64,000 bases of DNA from the human T2T-CHM13v2.0 reference genome, Homo sapiens (GCF_009914755.1 NC_060925.1), one strand, 5' to 3'; positions 13,973-27,135 are shown, counted from the first letter of the stretch. Notes: generated by a model not told the origin, from the sequence alone. Translations and numbers: made by a program.

Positions 13973-14161
13973 GTGTTTTCTCCAGAATTAAGTCATATTG
14001 TTGCAGTAAAGGCCTTCTGCCTCTATCAGAACCAACTTTAGAAGCGAGTGCTGATCCTGACTTCCCGTGTGAGGATGCAAGACTGATAGGAACACAGACA
14101 CGCTTACTAAATCAAAACTCGACTTTGATTTACTACTGAGAGCAAAGGGCCATAATGAAGG

Positions 14162-14586
14162 TGTCTTAGTCCATTTTGTGTTGCTATAAAGGAATATCTG
14201 GGACTGGGTAACTTATAAAGAGAATAAGGTTTATTTGGCTCATGATTCTGATGGTTGGAAACTTCACGATTGGGCATCTGCCTCTGGTGGGGGACTTGGG
14301 CTGCTTCCACTCATGGCAGAGGGTGAAGGAGAGCTGGTGTGTGCAGAGATCACATCTCAAAAGGGGAAGCAAGAGAGAGATGGGGGAGGTGTCAGGCTTT
14401 TTTCAACAACCAGCTCTCTTGGGAACTAATAGAACAAGAACTCACTCACCCCCGGAGAGAAGGCGTTAATCTATTCATGAGGGATCCACCCCATGACCCA
14501 AACACCTCCCATTAAGCCCCACCTCCAACATTGGGGATCAAATTTCAACATGAGATTTGAAGGGGACAAATACCCAAACCACAGCA
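14162..14586 (-). mobile_element. MSTB-like MaLR solo LTR
   Basis: tgtcttagtccattttgtgttgctataaaggaata..ctgggtaa..tttatttggctcatgattctg...ggggatcaaatttcaacatgagattt..caaaccacagca; flanks gaagg/gaagc. Confidence 0.9.
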
Positions 14587-17500
14587 GAAGCTGAGCAACC
14601 ATTAGCAAGTTGTCATTAACGTGAATACACAAAACCCACAGGCCTGGGGCTGCCGCCAGCTGGGTAGGGCCTCAGATGCCTACAAAATCCCTTCCTTTGA
14701 GTATTTCTGGAGGTCCAAGAGTGGGGAAGGGCTTGTCCTGCACATACCCTCAAACAAGTCCATGCTAGCTGGACAGCACCACACCATCGTGGTTGTCTGC
14801 GCAGGGCTGCGTCTAGTTTTTGTGGATGCTCAAACTACTGTCTAGGATACGATGCTATAGTTTAGTGTTCTCCAAGATGAAGCCTCAAGATGTCAAAGTG
14901 GCCTCTCTTCCCATTCTATCCTCCCCATGTGGGAGGCATACTGGGGTCCGTGCGGGTTGGGAAGAATTTGTTCATGCAACAACTATTTATTGAGCATCCA
15001 CTATGTACCAGGCACTGGGATAAGGTGGTCAGGGAGGACCTCTGTGAGGAGGTAACATTTATGCTGAAGCCTAAAAGTCATTCATGCAAAAAGCAACGGG
15101 CATAACACTCTGGTCAGAGGGCACAGAGTAGGGGGAGGACCTGAGGGTTGGGCTTGAGGCACTGAGAGAGGTTGAGTGGCTGGAACACAGGTTAAGGACA
15201 GGGAAGTAGGAAGTAAAGTTTGTAGGCGAGTCTGGGCCCGGTCATCCAAGACTGTGGTGAGGAGTCTGGGTTTTATTTTGAGTGTGATGTCATCCCCAAA
15301 GTATTTTAAGCAGAGCAAGGATGTGATTTAATTTATGGCTACCAAGCAATGAGTGCACAGTGGGGTGAGGCATGAAGGGCAGCTGAGAGCGGGGAGGAAC
15401 CACCCATGTGGGCCAGGAAGGAGGCTGGGGCTCGGTCCTGCAGGGAGGCAGGGGGAATGACGAGGGGTGTGTGGACTCGAGAGATATTCTGTAGGGAGAA
15501 TCAACCATGCTTGCTTATGGACTATCCATGGATAACTTGGTTTTTTGTTGTTGTTGTTTTTTTAATTATAAGAATAATATGTGCTCATCATATCAATGCC
15601 TTTCTCAGTAGAGCCCAGACCTGGCCCATGTGTCTACGTCAGGACAAGGCACTCCACAGATTTCTCCCTCTCTGGCCCTGGGCATTGGCACCCAAAACTT
15701 CCTCTACACACTCTTCCTTCCCCAGACAGAGGTCATGACTGCCTCTGTGGCCTGTACTGGCTTCAGTTCAGCCAGGAGCACCACGCCCCCCACAAATGAA
15801 CAGGTACAAATGGGTACATGCTATAGACAGCAGGAAACCAAGCATTGCAGACATTTCTAGGCTATGCCTAGAAGAAACCACCATGTGGGCCATGTGACTA
15901 CATTTCTAGGCTATGCCTTGAAGGCCCAGAGAGGTCAAGAGACTTCCTCCATATTCCACAGCTACCATGTAGTGAGTTTTAAAACCACAAATGTAGTTTT
16001 ATTGCCACTGGATCATATATAGTAATTCCAAGAAGCATTACCTAAGAGATATTTTTGAGAATCTGTTTCAATAAATAGCTAGGAATTCACTTATGCAATA
16101 AACCCATCAAGTTTCTATTATCTATTATGGTCATGTGTTATCTATTATCTGCTAGATATCTGGCACCCAGCCATCCCCTGGAGTTATAAAGATAAATCAG
16201 ATAAGGCCTCCTACCCTTGCAAAGCTCCAAGTTTGGTGGATGAGTGGGTACAGGGCGGGTGGGGAGAGGAGGAGTAAGGGTGCCTCCAAACCAAAGGGCT
16301 ACAATACCACCAGAGAAGTGCTGTGACAAAGTCATGCTTAATATGCTACAGGAAAGCAAATTAATTGTGCATAAGCCCATCAAATGTTTCTGATATAGAG
16401 CCTGTAATAGGTACTTCTAATGGCTTGAAAAGAGTTGTTCTCAAGCTCTTTGTAAACATTTTCCTCGCAAGTGTACTTAGCCTATTAATTTGGACCACCC
16501 ACCACAGCAGGTTCTGTGAGGCTAAGGAAAATGTCAATCCTGATGCATACAAATGGTCCCTGATTGCAAATTGGCCATGTGACTGTTTTATGGATTTAAG
16601 GCTGTGTTTGTTTCTGGGTGCCCTCACCTAGTATGAGTTCCTTGGCGGAAGGGATCATGTCTGTGGCTTCCTTTTATGTTCTCCCTTCGGTCTTCAATAA
16701 TGACTCAAGTGCCTACCACGTGCTAGATTGTAGGTGCCGCCGGGCAGAGAGCAATGAACAAGACAGGCACAGTCCCTGCTGTCATGGAACCTGCATTTGA
16801 TGCTCAGAGGATCTTGTTGCTGGGTATTAATTTCCATGTATAGCTTTACGACTCCTGAATTTCATCTCCAGCTCAGTGTCATCTGAACTCCAAGCTAATA
16901 TATTCAACTACAGTCTGTACCTGGATACATGATTTACTATAAACTCATTACATCCTAAAAAAATTTCTAGATTCCCACCAATGCCACCACCCAACTGGTC
17001 CTCCCCCTGCCTTGCCTATTTCTGCAAATGGCACCACCACCCATGTAATTACACAAACCCATAACTGGGGAGGCACCCTTGATTCTTTCCTTTCCCTTTC
17101 ACCCACACCCAATCCATCCACTGCTCTCCGTCCTCTACCGCTCCCCACCACCACCACCATCTTTTATCTATTACCACAGTAGCGTTCCCATGATCTTCTC
17201 CCGGCTTCCCCTACTCTAACCCATTCTCTACCCAGTGGCCAGGATGAGCTCATAAAATGCAACAAAAGCACATTTGCCCTCTTTATATATTCCCCAGTGA
17301 ACTCTCATGGTGACCCATCTGTCCCTCCGACCTCTTACTTGCCCCTCTCCTTGGTGTGGGCCACTCTCACTTTGCTCTGGCCCGTTTCATCCCCTTTCTC
17401 TTCCTTGGGTTTACGGAGCCCCTTCCTACCCTTTGGAATTATTGCTCCCACTGTCTCTGAATGCTCCTCCCCTGCCCCACCCTTTGAACAGCTGGGAGCT

Positions 17501-20500
17501 GGGTTCCTCCTCATCTTGCATTTTTCAGCTCGGGTGTCACCTCCTCAGAGAAGCACCCCCCTGACTTCCCAATACAACATAGTAATCCCAGTCCCCCACC
17601 CTAGTGACTCTGTAGCAAATGACTCAAGTTATTCCCTTTGCAGCACTTATCAAGACTTTAATGACCTCATTGCTGTGGAGTGTAGGATCCAGATGGTGAA
17701 GACAATGTCTATTGGGTTGACCAATCATGGCCCAGTGTCTACACAGAGGAGATGCCCAAATACTGGTTGAATTAAAACAAAACAAACAAAACCCAAACAC
17801 TTCCCAGGGCTGTTTTGAGGATGGCACGAATCAGCATGTGTAAAACACAGCCCCAGGTACCTGGTAGGTCCTCAATATACTCACACAATGTCCCAGGCAG
17901 CCTGAAGATTTCAGGCACTAGAAATGCACTATCCTTTTCTCCTGGGTGTGGGGCAGAGGGGAGCATGAGAGGCCAGAGGGCAGGAAACACATGGAAGTAC
18001 TCCTGACCACACTTGAAAGAATCTATTTACCTTTGTTTTCCTCCTTTTTTAAAATGTGTTTTTGCCATGTGTCTATTTTTAAAAAGCTGGAAGAGCACGG
18101 TACAAGATTGATAGCTTCAGAGATTCAGCCCTTTTTTGTCCCTCTAGCAGCCCTCCCTTGCCTTGATCAGCCACCTGTTCTGAGACGCTTGCATCTGCCC
18201 AGCCTCTGGCTCTCCCTGCCATCAGTGAGCTGCCTGGGGCCCCTGGCCAGGCCAGGCTGTGTTCCTGCCCCCAGGACAGCTTTGAAGCCAGGAGCTGTCG
18301 CTGCTTGTTTGTTTGTACCAAGGCACTATGAATGGCAACAGATCATGAATAAGAAACAGGCACCTGATGACAGAGCAGTCATCTCCAGCCAGCACCGAAC
18401 TCTGCCAGCAGCCATCTGTACACTCCAAGCAGCCTGCCTCCAGGAGAGACAGCAGGGTGCAGGGCACAGGGTGCTGAAGTTGTAGGGAGAACCCGCGTTA
18501 GCTCAGTAAGCAGGGATCAAGCCCCTCTGTGTGCCAGGAACTATGTCTGTGTTCCGGCCCTGGCTCTGCCACTAAGCCAAGAGACAGGTAAGTTCCTTAA
18601 CTTTTTGGCTCTTCAGTTTTATCGCCTATTAAGTGGGTATAATAATAATTCCAAATGGATACCTTTTATTCTTGATAAAGGTCTTTTCCATTAGTGATTT
18701 CATTTGGCTTATACTCAGTTGTTCAACAAATATTTTCTGAGTGCCTACCTGGTGCAGGCGCCAAGCGTGGCATAGCAGAGGAAGTAACCGAAAGAGCTAA
18801 GGTATTGGCCTTCATTGAGCTTGCATTGTAGTAGAGGAGAAAGACATTCATCAAGTTGTTAATTGCAGTTGTGATAAGTGCTACACAATCTACAGAGAGA
18901 CTGGTACTCAGGGCACGAGAACTGGAGATTGGAGGGTGTGACCTTGATGGTCTCCTGGGGAAGTGATGCTTGAGCTGACACCTGAAGAACTAACGGCTTT
19001 AATTGAAGGGAGGAGGGAAGAACACTCTGGGTAAAGGAAACAGCTTAGACAAAACCCAGATAGCCCAGAGCCAATGAGGGCCTGAAAGGGATCCAGTGTT
19101 TCTGGATGGTGTGGAGTGGATGGAAATGAAGTGGGAGCCATTTGCAGGGACCAGACCTGCAGGCTCTTGTCGGCAGAGGTGAAGAGGAATTGTGTCTTCA
19201 TCCAAGCGCAGTGGGAAGACATTGACCACTTTAGTCAGCGTGTCTTAAGATTGAATTTGATGCTTTGCAAGGTCCATTCTGGCTGCTGCATAGAGAGCAT
19301 TTGGGAGGTGTCTGAGGGGAAGCAGGACACGAGAGGCCGTTGCAGTTGTCCCAGAGGGAAATGAGGGCAGGGCTGGAGAAAGCATCACGGTGGCCTGGGC
19401 TGCCATTCACCAGTGGGGAGACAGGAACTCCCATCTCCACTCTAAAGATAAGAAAATCAAGCCTCAGAAAGGAAAAATGGTCCCTACAAATAGCCAGTGA
19501 TGGAACAAGGACTCATGTTTGACCCCCAGGGATCCAGGGGTGGGTGTCATTATTTAGGTGGGTGCCGGGTGGCTCTGAGTAAAGACTGGTCCCCGAAGCC
19601 AGGGAGGACCTCTTTCCTAAGGCTTTTGCCACTAAAGGTGATGAGAGCAGGCTCCAGTTTGACTCCTCCCTTCTCAACAAACGCTGAGCCTTCAGCCAAA
19701 GCCCAAAGGGGCCAGCAGTGGCCAGAAGGAGACCAAGCTCGAGGACCAGCTACAGACAGGACCTGGAAGGTGCATTGTGTGAGCTTTGGTAGCACAGAGA
19801 CCTGGCACAAACTCTGCCTCTACCACCTTCTGGCTATGTGCCCTGTGAGCTTGCCTGTGGCTTCCTGGCATCCAACCTAAGCTACATAGCATTACACCAA
19901 GGGCATAAGCCTTTGTAACCTAGGCTGGATACACTGAGGTTGTTAGGGCCCCTTTGACAGATTCTCAGCTGTCCTGTCTCTCCAAGACTGTCCTCTGGTG
20001 GGACAGACTCAACATCAGGGCTAAAAGGGGGTGTATCCTCCCTGTACTGGGGCATTAAGGCATAGGCACTGGCGTGGTCAGTGAGGAGGATTATTTTCTC
20101 AGTGCTTTGTTTTAACATAACACCATAAGTGATAATAAAATGAAAACTGACTTTGAGTTGAATTGTTTTTAAATTCCCTACAGAAAATGCAACTCTTATT
20201 GCCTGGACCTAGAGCAGATGGCTTCCACCACCCGGCCCCCTGGCATGCCATGATCTCTCTCCCACCTTCTTCCCGCCTATGTCAGGTGCCAAGGCTTCCC
20301 CACTCCCTGCCACTGCCACCTTCTCTGGGGAGGAGAGGAGTAACTTGCCATGATTCTTTGGGGGTACTGAGATAATAGGGTCATATGTTCTTTCATTTGC
20401 TGATTCAACAAATAATTATGAAGCCCCTCTATGTGTCAAGATCAGCAATAGATGTTGTGAATACAGGTGTACATGAGACATGATGCTGCCTCTGAGGTCT

Positions 20501-21112
20501 CATTTACTTCTTCATCCAGTATTATATTAATTGAGCACCTACTGTGTGCGGGGCCCTGTGCTGGGCATGGGACACTGTGGCCCCCTAAGTCAGGTAATCT
20601 AACAGGATGGTTCTGCTTCCTGGAGGAGATGCTTCAGCTCTCCTTTGCAGGGCAGGTAGAAGAGAGCCAAGAGGGGAAGTGGCAGGGTGTCTTCTAGATG
20701 GAGGAATCGACATGGGTAAAATCTCAGCGGTGTGAGACAACTCCAAGTCCAGGGAACCACAAGTAGTTCTATGTGGTTGGAGTGAAGAGTCCATAGGAGC
20801 AGGGCCAGACATCAAGACAGATCATAAAAGGCCTTGAATGTTATGCTAACAAGTGGGACTTTTTATGGAAGGCCATGGGAGAGTCAATGAAGGGCTTCAG
20901 GGCAGGTTGAGAAAAGGGATTAACAGATGGGTACAAGTATCATCAGATATTACAAAGAACTGGCTACAGCGTGGGGAATGGACTGGAATCCATAAGACTA
21001 GAGACAGAGAGACCAGGTAGGAAGCTGTTAGGAGGCTGGAACTGATGCCAGGGGAATGGAGAGGAGGACCTACCCAAAAGACATCAGGAAGGTGAAATCT
21101 ACAAGAGGTGGT

Positions 21113-21464
21113 TGATATGGTTTGGCTGTGTACCCAAATCTCATCTTGAATTCCCACATGTTGTGGGAGGGACCCAGTGGGAGGTACTTGAATCACGGGG
21201 GTAGGTCTTTCTCGTGCTGTTCTCGTGGATAGTGAGTAAGTCTCATGAGATCTGATGGTTCCTATAAGGGGGAGTTTTCCTGCACACACTCTTTTTTGCT
21301 TGCTGCCATCCATGTAAGACATGACTTGCTCCTCCTTGCCTTCTTCCATGATCCTGAGGCTTCCCCAGCCACATGGAACTGTAAGCCCAATTAAACCTCT
21401 TTCTTTTGTAAATTTCCCAGTCTTGAGTATGTCTTTATCAACAGGATGAAAATGGACTAATACA
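21113..21464 (+). mobile_element. THE1B-like solo LTR
   Basis: TGATATGGTTTGGCTGTG...ACTAATACA with perfect TSD gtggt at 21108-21112 and 21465-21469. Confidence 0.93.
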
Positions 21465-21469
21465 GTGGT

Positions 21470-21980
21470 ATATCAGGTAGCTATAGCCAGAAAATGCTGC
21501 ATAGCAAACCACTCCAAACTCAGTGACTTAAAGCAGCAATAATTTATGGTCACATATCTCTAGATAAGCTAAGAATTGGTTGATCCTGGCTGGGCTCTGC
21601 TGGACAGCTCTGCTGAGCTGTGCTCGACTTGCTTCTGCATCTGCAGTTGGCTGATTTCAGCTGGGCTTGATTGGGGTGGTTTGGTGCTGCTCTGTGTATC
21701 TCTTCTCCTCCTGGAACCAGTGGGCCAATCTTGGCGTATTTTTCTTATGGCAACAGGGGCAGAGTCCCAAGAGAACAAACCCAATCAGGCAAGCCCTTTA
21801 TCAGCCTTTAATTATGTAATTCCCACCAATATTAAATTGGCTACGTCATGTGGCTGAACCCAAGGAGAAGGGATGGGAGCAACATTCCACCTTTTTAGAG
21901 GAAGAACTGCCAAATCACATAGCAAAGGGCATGGACACAGGGAGGGGTGAAGAACTAGGGCAAGTCATGCAATTTCCTGG
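21470..21980 (-). mobile_element. Old MLT1 (H-like) MaLR LTR
   Basis: gctgcatagcaaaccactccaaactcagtgacttaaagcagcaataattt...gaagaactgccaaatcacatagcaaagggcatggacacagggagggg. Confidence 0.65.
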
Positions 21981-23077
21981 AGCAGGTAAGAGGTTGGAAC
22001 AGGAGAGTAGAGAGAAAGGGAGTTCATGAGGGTTTGTTTGTTTGTGTGTTTGTTTGCCAAGAGCCCAACTGTCTCCAAAACTTGAGCTTGGCCCCCTTCA
22101 TACCCCACAGCCATACTTGGCTGGGTCCAACCCCTTCAGGAATTAAGCCTGAGGCAGGGTCCTCTCAGATGCAATGCCTATGCAACCTGGCTACCCTGCT
22201 CAAGATGTTCTAGGGAAAGAGCCACCCTAGGCCCCTGTCCCCCATCTAGACTCTCCCTAGTCTCTCTGACAGCCCTGCTCTGGCCCCCGCCCCAGGCTGC
22301 ATCACTGAAGGACTAGCTTTCCTTTCTTATCCAGAATGTGTTGGTTACACACTCCAGAGATTTGTTTCCCTCCATGTGGGCAGAAACAGCCGCACAATTG
22401 CTTTCAATCATGTAAACAGAGGGCTGGGTGGGAAAAGAGGTGTGTGTTTGCAGGCAGGAGGAATCCATTGCTTCTGTCCTCTGAATTCCCTCTTCATCTC
22501 TGCACCCACCTCTCTTCTCTTGCTGCCATTCCAGACCATCCACCTTGTATTCTCCAACTGCAGAACAAATAGGAAGGAGATTTAGCCTCTCCAGAGGGCA
22601 ACCCTGAAGGAAGGAGGCAGAAATGGCCTGTACCCTGGCTAGCCTGACCAGGTGACCTGGGAGAAGTCATCTCCCCTTTCTGGATCTCAGTTTCACCCCT
22701 ATAACATAGTAATATTCATCTAGGGAACATTGCATGTTTATTAACATTGCATGTTATTTTAACAGATGCTTGTATGGTGCTTACTAAGCCCTTTGCAAAT
22801 ATTAACTCACTTAATGATCATAACAGCAATTCAAGGCACCATCATTTTACAGAGAGGAGACTGAAGCACAGTGAGAGGTTAAGTAATTTTCCCAAGGGCA
22901 CACAGCTGGGAAATGATCAAGCCAGGGTTTGAACCCAAGCTATTTGGTACCAGAGTCCACATTTAATCATCCTATTATGCTGCTACTTCCTTTCCTGGCC
23001 TCTCTGAACTTCTAGAAGTTCAGCAACCTGGCCTCTTGGAATCATGCCTGTCCTGTGTCCTTTATTTCCTCTGAATG

Positions 23078-23938
23078 GGTATTGTGGATTAAATTGTGTC
23101 CCTCTGGAAGATATGTTCAAGCCTTTTTTTTTTTAACTCTTAAGTTCTGGGATACATGTGCAGAATGTGCAGGTTTGTTTCATAGGTATACATATGCCAT
23201 GGTGATTTGCTGCACCTATCAACACCTCATCTAGGTTTCAAGCCCTGCATGCATTAACTGTTTGTCCTGATGCTCTCCCTCCCCTCACCCCCACCCACAG
23301 GCCCTGGTGTGTGTTGTTTCCCTCCCTGGGTCCATGCGTTCTCATTGTTCAACTCCCACTTATGAGTGAGAACATGCGGTGTTTGGTTTTCTGTTCCTGT
23401 GTTAGTTTGCTGAGGATGATGGCTTCCAGCTTCACCCATGTCCCTGCAAAGGACATGATCTCATTCCTTTTTAATGGCTGCATAGTATTCCATGGTGTAA
23501 CATATGTTCAAGTCTTAACCCCCAGTACCTGTGAACGTGACCTTACTTGAAAGTAGGGTCTTTGCAAATGTGATCAAGCTGAGATGCAGTCATACTGGGT
23601 TAGGGTGGGCCCTAATCCAATGTCTTTATATGAGAAAGGAAAGGGAGATTTGGAGACAGACATGGAGACACACACAGGGAAGATGGGCCTGTGAAAATGT
23701 AGGCAGAAGTTGAGGGATGCAGCTACAAGCCGCAGGATGACAAGGATTGCCAGCAACTGCCAGAAACTATGAGGGAGCAAGGAACAGTTCTTCTGCAAAG
23801 ACTTCAGAGGGGGTGCGGCCCCACTGGCACCTTGATTCCAAACTTCTAGCGCCTAGAAATATGAGAGAATAAATGCCTGCTGTTTTGATCCACCCAGTTT
23901 GTGGTCATTTGTTCTGGGAGCCCCAGGAAACTAATACA
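23078..23938 (+). mobile_element. MLT1C-like LTR interrupted by an L1 insertion
   Basis: LTR start aattgtgtccc..atatgttcaag resumes at 23502 (gtcttaacccccagtacct...ggattgccagcaac..ccagaa..gaaactaataca). Confidence 0.85.
23122..23501 (-). mobile_element. L1PA 3' fragment nested in the MLT1C LTR
   Basis: Antisense L1PA 3'UTR; TSD atatgttcaag at 23111-23121 and 23502-23512. Confidence 0.92.
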
Positions 23939-26339
23939 ATGGGGTAAGAAAATCTTGAACCCTTCAAGAAGAGGCAGCTCTCAGCCTTCTCCACACACAC
24001 CATTCACATCTCAGGTCCTCTGTCTCCCGCCACCTCTCATGTCCTCTTCATGCCTTGTATCCACTCAACCAGGCTGATGTTGTTCTCCCAAAGAGTTTTG
24101 GTCCTAAAATGTAAACTCCAGGCTTGGGACGGTTTAGTCAAAAGGATGACCAGTGGATACAGATTTCTGGTCCCATATTCACTGGGAGACAGGGATCTTG
24201 AACTTTGTGGGGGACTGAGAATTGGACTTTGGGAGCCTGGGGATGTGTGGAGGTGGTGGAGGTTAGAATTCTAAGTGGCTATGTCCCCAAGCCCCGGTCC
24301 CCTATCTCCAAGGAACCAGGACTCTCTGAGCTGAAAAGTGACTCATAGCCACTCTAAGAGGCATGAGGTCGTGTGGCATTGTTGCAAGGATGCTAGACTT
24401 GGGAGTCATGGAGAACTGAGTTTGAATCCCAGCTCTGCCACTTCTTGGCTATAACAAAAGGCCAGTCACTTCACCTCTCAGGCTCAGTCCCCACCCCCTG
24501 TGGAGCGGGGCTGATGGTACCTGCTGCACTGGGTGATTATGAGGGTTAAATAAAATAATGCATGCAGAAAGGCTTCAGGGAACTGTTGTGTGGGACAAAA
24601 TCTGGTTGGGAACCTGTGTGCCAGGTTCCTGGAAATCTGTGTCTTACTCATCATCACTTTCCCCAAGCACTGCCTCCAAGGCCCAGCTCAAGGTGAGCAA
24701 GTGTAAGTATCGAACTGAAGGTAAGCTTTGTCTCATCCTTGGTTAGTTCTTGTATGACAGAGGCACCTTTCCATTGCCCAACCTACCATTTTCTCCTCAG
24801 CCTATGACAGCAGTTTTGCTTCTCTCTGGAGACTGATCCAACACCCCAGCCGGCCTTCAGAGGTAATCCAGGCAAAACAGCCAAGCCTGAGAAGTTCATT
24901 TGCCCGTGTCTAGTTCACCTTCCTCTCACCTCCTCCATTCCCTCTGCCCAGCAGTCCCCCCAAATTCCCCCTCCAGAATGTTCTCTAAGGTTCTTTTGCT
25001 GGGGCTTCCCTTTCAACTGTCTGACACCTTCATGGATGGGGAAGTCCTGAGACTTCAGGTAGCATGTTTCATGAAGTTCTGGGGGGGGATTCAAAACTCT
25101 TTTGGAACCCTAAGGTGTGACTGCATAATGGGGAATCACTGGTTCATGGACTTCTGGCTAAGATCACATATCATCTGTTACCCCAGCAGGGAGTTCTTGC
25201 ACCCCACCTGACATCTGTGCTCCCTTTTGCCATTGCATCCACCCACTACCCCTATCCTATCCTCAGGCTCCTCTCTCCTTAGGCAGAGAGTCCAGAAGAG
25301 GGGCTGATCATCTGTCCCAGATGAAGTCTCTTGTGTGGAGAAGGAGGTAGGGTGGAGAGGTGGCATCAGACAGACCTGGGTTCCAACTTTGGCTCCTCCA
25401 CGTCCTGTGTAGCCTAAGGAAACTCACGTCACCTCTCTGAACTCATATTTGAAATGAACATAGCATAGCATCCACCTCCCAGTGTTTGGTACAGAACAAG
25501 TGAGATGCACTTCTTCCAGGCTATGTGTGCGGTGCCCAGCTCACAGTGACAGCTATAAAAAGCCAATAAGATATGGTGGAGTTTCCGGTGTTGGGATCAC
25601 TGTGAATTTGAATCCCTGCTCTGTCATTTCATGGCTCTGTACCTTCAGCAAGTCACTCTGCCTCTCCAAATCACAATTTCTCTGTAAACTTGGAAGAAAG
25701 GCCCTCTTCTTGAGGATTTTTATAAGGCTTAAATGAGATGTGTGATCATTTGCTTCATCCTGTACCTCTGAAGCATCTTTCAACTTTGAACTCTTTAACT
25801 CTAGGCTCTGAATTTAGATTTTGCAGTCCTAACCCAGCTGGCCACTGGCTTCCTTGATTATAGCAAGCCCCTGGCTCTCTGGGCTACGCAACTTTGTATC
25901 TCCAAAGGCCAGACCTCCAGTCTGATGCCCCCAGGGGCTGCACCTAGAATCCTAGCAATTTCCCGTGTGGCTTTGGCATGGCCAGGAGCAGCAAGGGATG
26001 GCTTGGGACTCTAAGGGTGAATAGGCATGGCCAAAGGCCCCGGCAGAGGACCTGCCCATGACCACGGTCACCAATACTGTCTGTTCACTACACCGTGGCC
26101 TCATGGGGGAGAATGGATTGGCAGCTTGTAACACTTGGCTAAAAAATAAACTTGCTGGGGGGCAGGGAGATATAGAGGGGCCAGCTCCTGCACAGGCAGT
26201 AGGTACCCCTGGCCCAGGCAGACTCTGCACAGTGTTGAAATACCCTGGAGGCAGCCCCACTCCCCAGGGAGGAGCTGCCCGAAGGACTGTTATCACAGGC
26301 CAGGCCCTTTCCTTCAGCCTCAGCAGGGATTAGCTGAGG

Positions 26340-26460
26340 CTGCTAAGTGGCCTCCAGCTTTCTCCTGTGCTCCGGAGAAGGGGGGAGGGAAGGGCGAGGG
26401 GTGGGGAAACAGCACCAGCGGTGTGTGCGTATGGGGTGATTGTCATGGTTACGCTCTGAC
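26340..26460 (+). promoter_or_regulatory. VWA5B1: Probable VWA5B1 promoter (G-tract/Sp-KLF box plus X-box, TATA-less)
   Basis: G6-A-G3-AA-G3-CGA-G4-T-G4 at 26380-26406; X-box-like ATTGTCATGGTTAC at 26439-26452; local CpG rise; strong donor about 210 nt downstream. Confidence 0.55.
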
Positions 26461-26666
26461 AAAACAAATGGCTCGGCCTCCTGCAGGCCACCTAAACAGC
26501 TATCGCAATGTGGGCATTGATCAAGCCAGCTGCCAGGGCAGCGGGCGCAGGGCTTGGGCACTGGAGCCCAGCCCCGGACCGCACCTCCAGCAGTGCTGGG
26601 TGCAGAAGGCAGTCACTGTGGCAGTGGAGAGACAGAGTGTGTACCCAGACACGTGTTGCTTCTGGG
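26455..26666 (+). other. VWA5B1: Probable VWA5B1 non-coding exon 1 (5' end approximate)
   Basis: Ends at GGG|GTAAGG (GT 26667-68; alternative AAG|GTAAGG, GT 26672-73). Exon 2 has an acceptor and only 26 nt of UTR, so an upstream exon is required. Confidence 0.6.
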
Positions 26667-26747
26667 GTAAGGTAAGGGCTGGCCCCACTTGTGTCAGGAG
26701 GAGAGGCTGGACAAGGGGGCTGCTCTGGGTGGGCAAGGGCATGCATG

Positions 26748-26780
26748 AGTGTGTGTGTGTATGTGTGTGTGTGTGTGTGT
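26748..26780 (+). repeat. (TG)n microsatellite
   Basis: Directly visible. Confidence 0.9.
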
Positions 26781-26911
26781 GGTGAGTTTGTGTGTCTATG
26801 GGCATGTGTGTCAGGGTGTGTACACTGTGTGCAGGCACCATGGGGAGGAGCCCAGGATGCTTCAGCATAAGAAGTGAGGGAGCATGGCCACATGTTGCTA
26901 CTCAGGTCCAG

Positions 26912-26978
<67 letters not shown>

Positions 26979-27135
26979 CTCTATTTCTCTCCCTCCCCAC
27001 CCCTTCTCCTGCTCCCTCTTCTCTTTCTCATTTGCTTTCTGTGTCTGTTTCTCTTTTTTCTCTGTGTGAGTCTGCGTCTCCTTCTCTCTGTGTCTCTGTC
27101 TCTCTCTTCTCTCTGCCTCCTTCCTCCCTCTCTCA
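26912..27135 (+). repeat. (CT)n/(CTTT)n polypyrimidine tract
   Basis: Directly visible. Confidence 0.9.
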
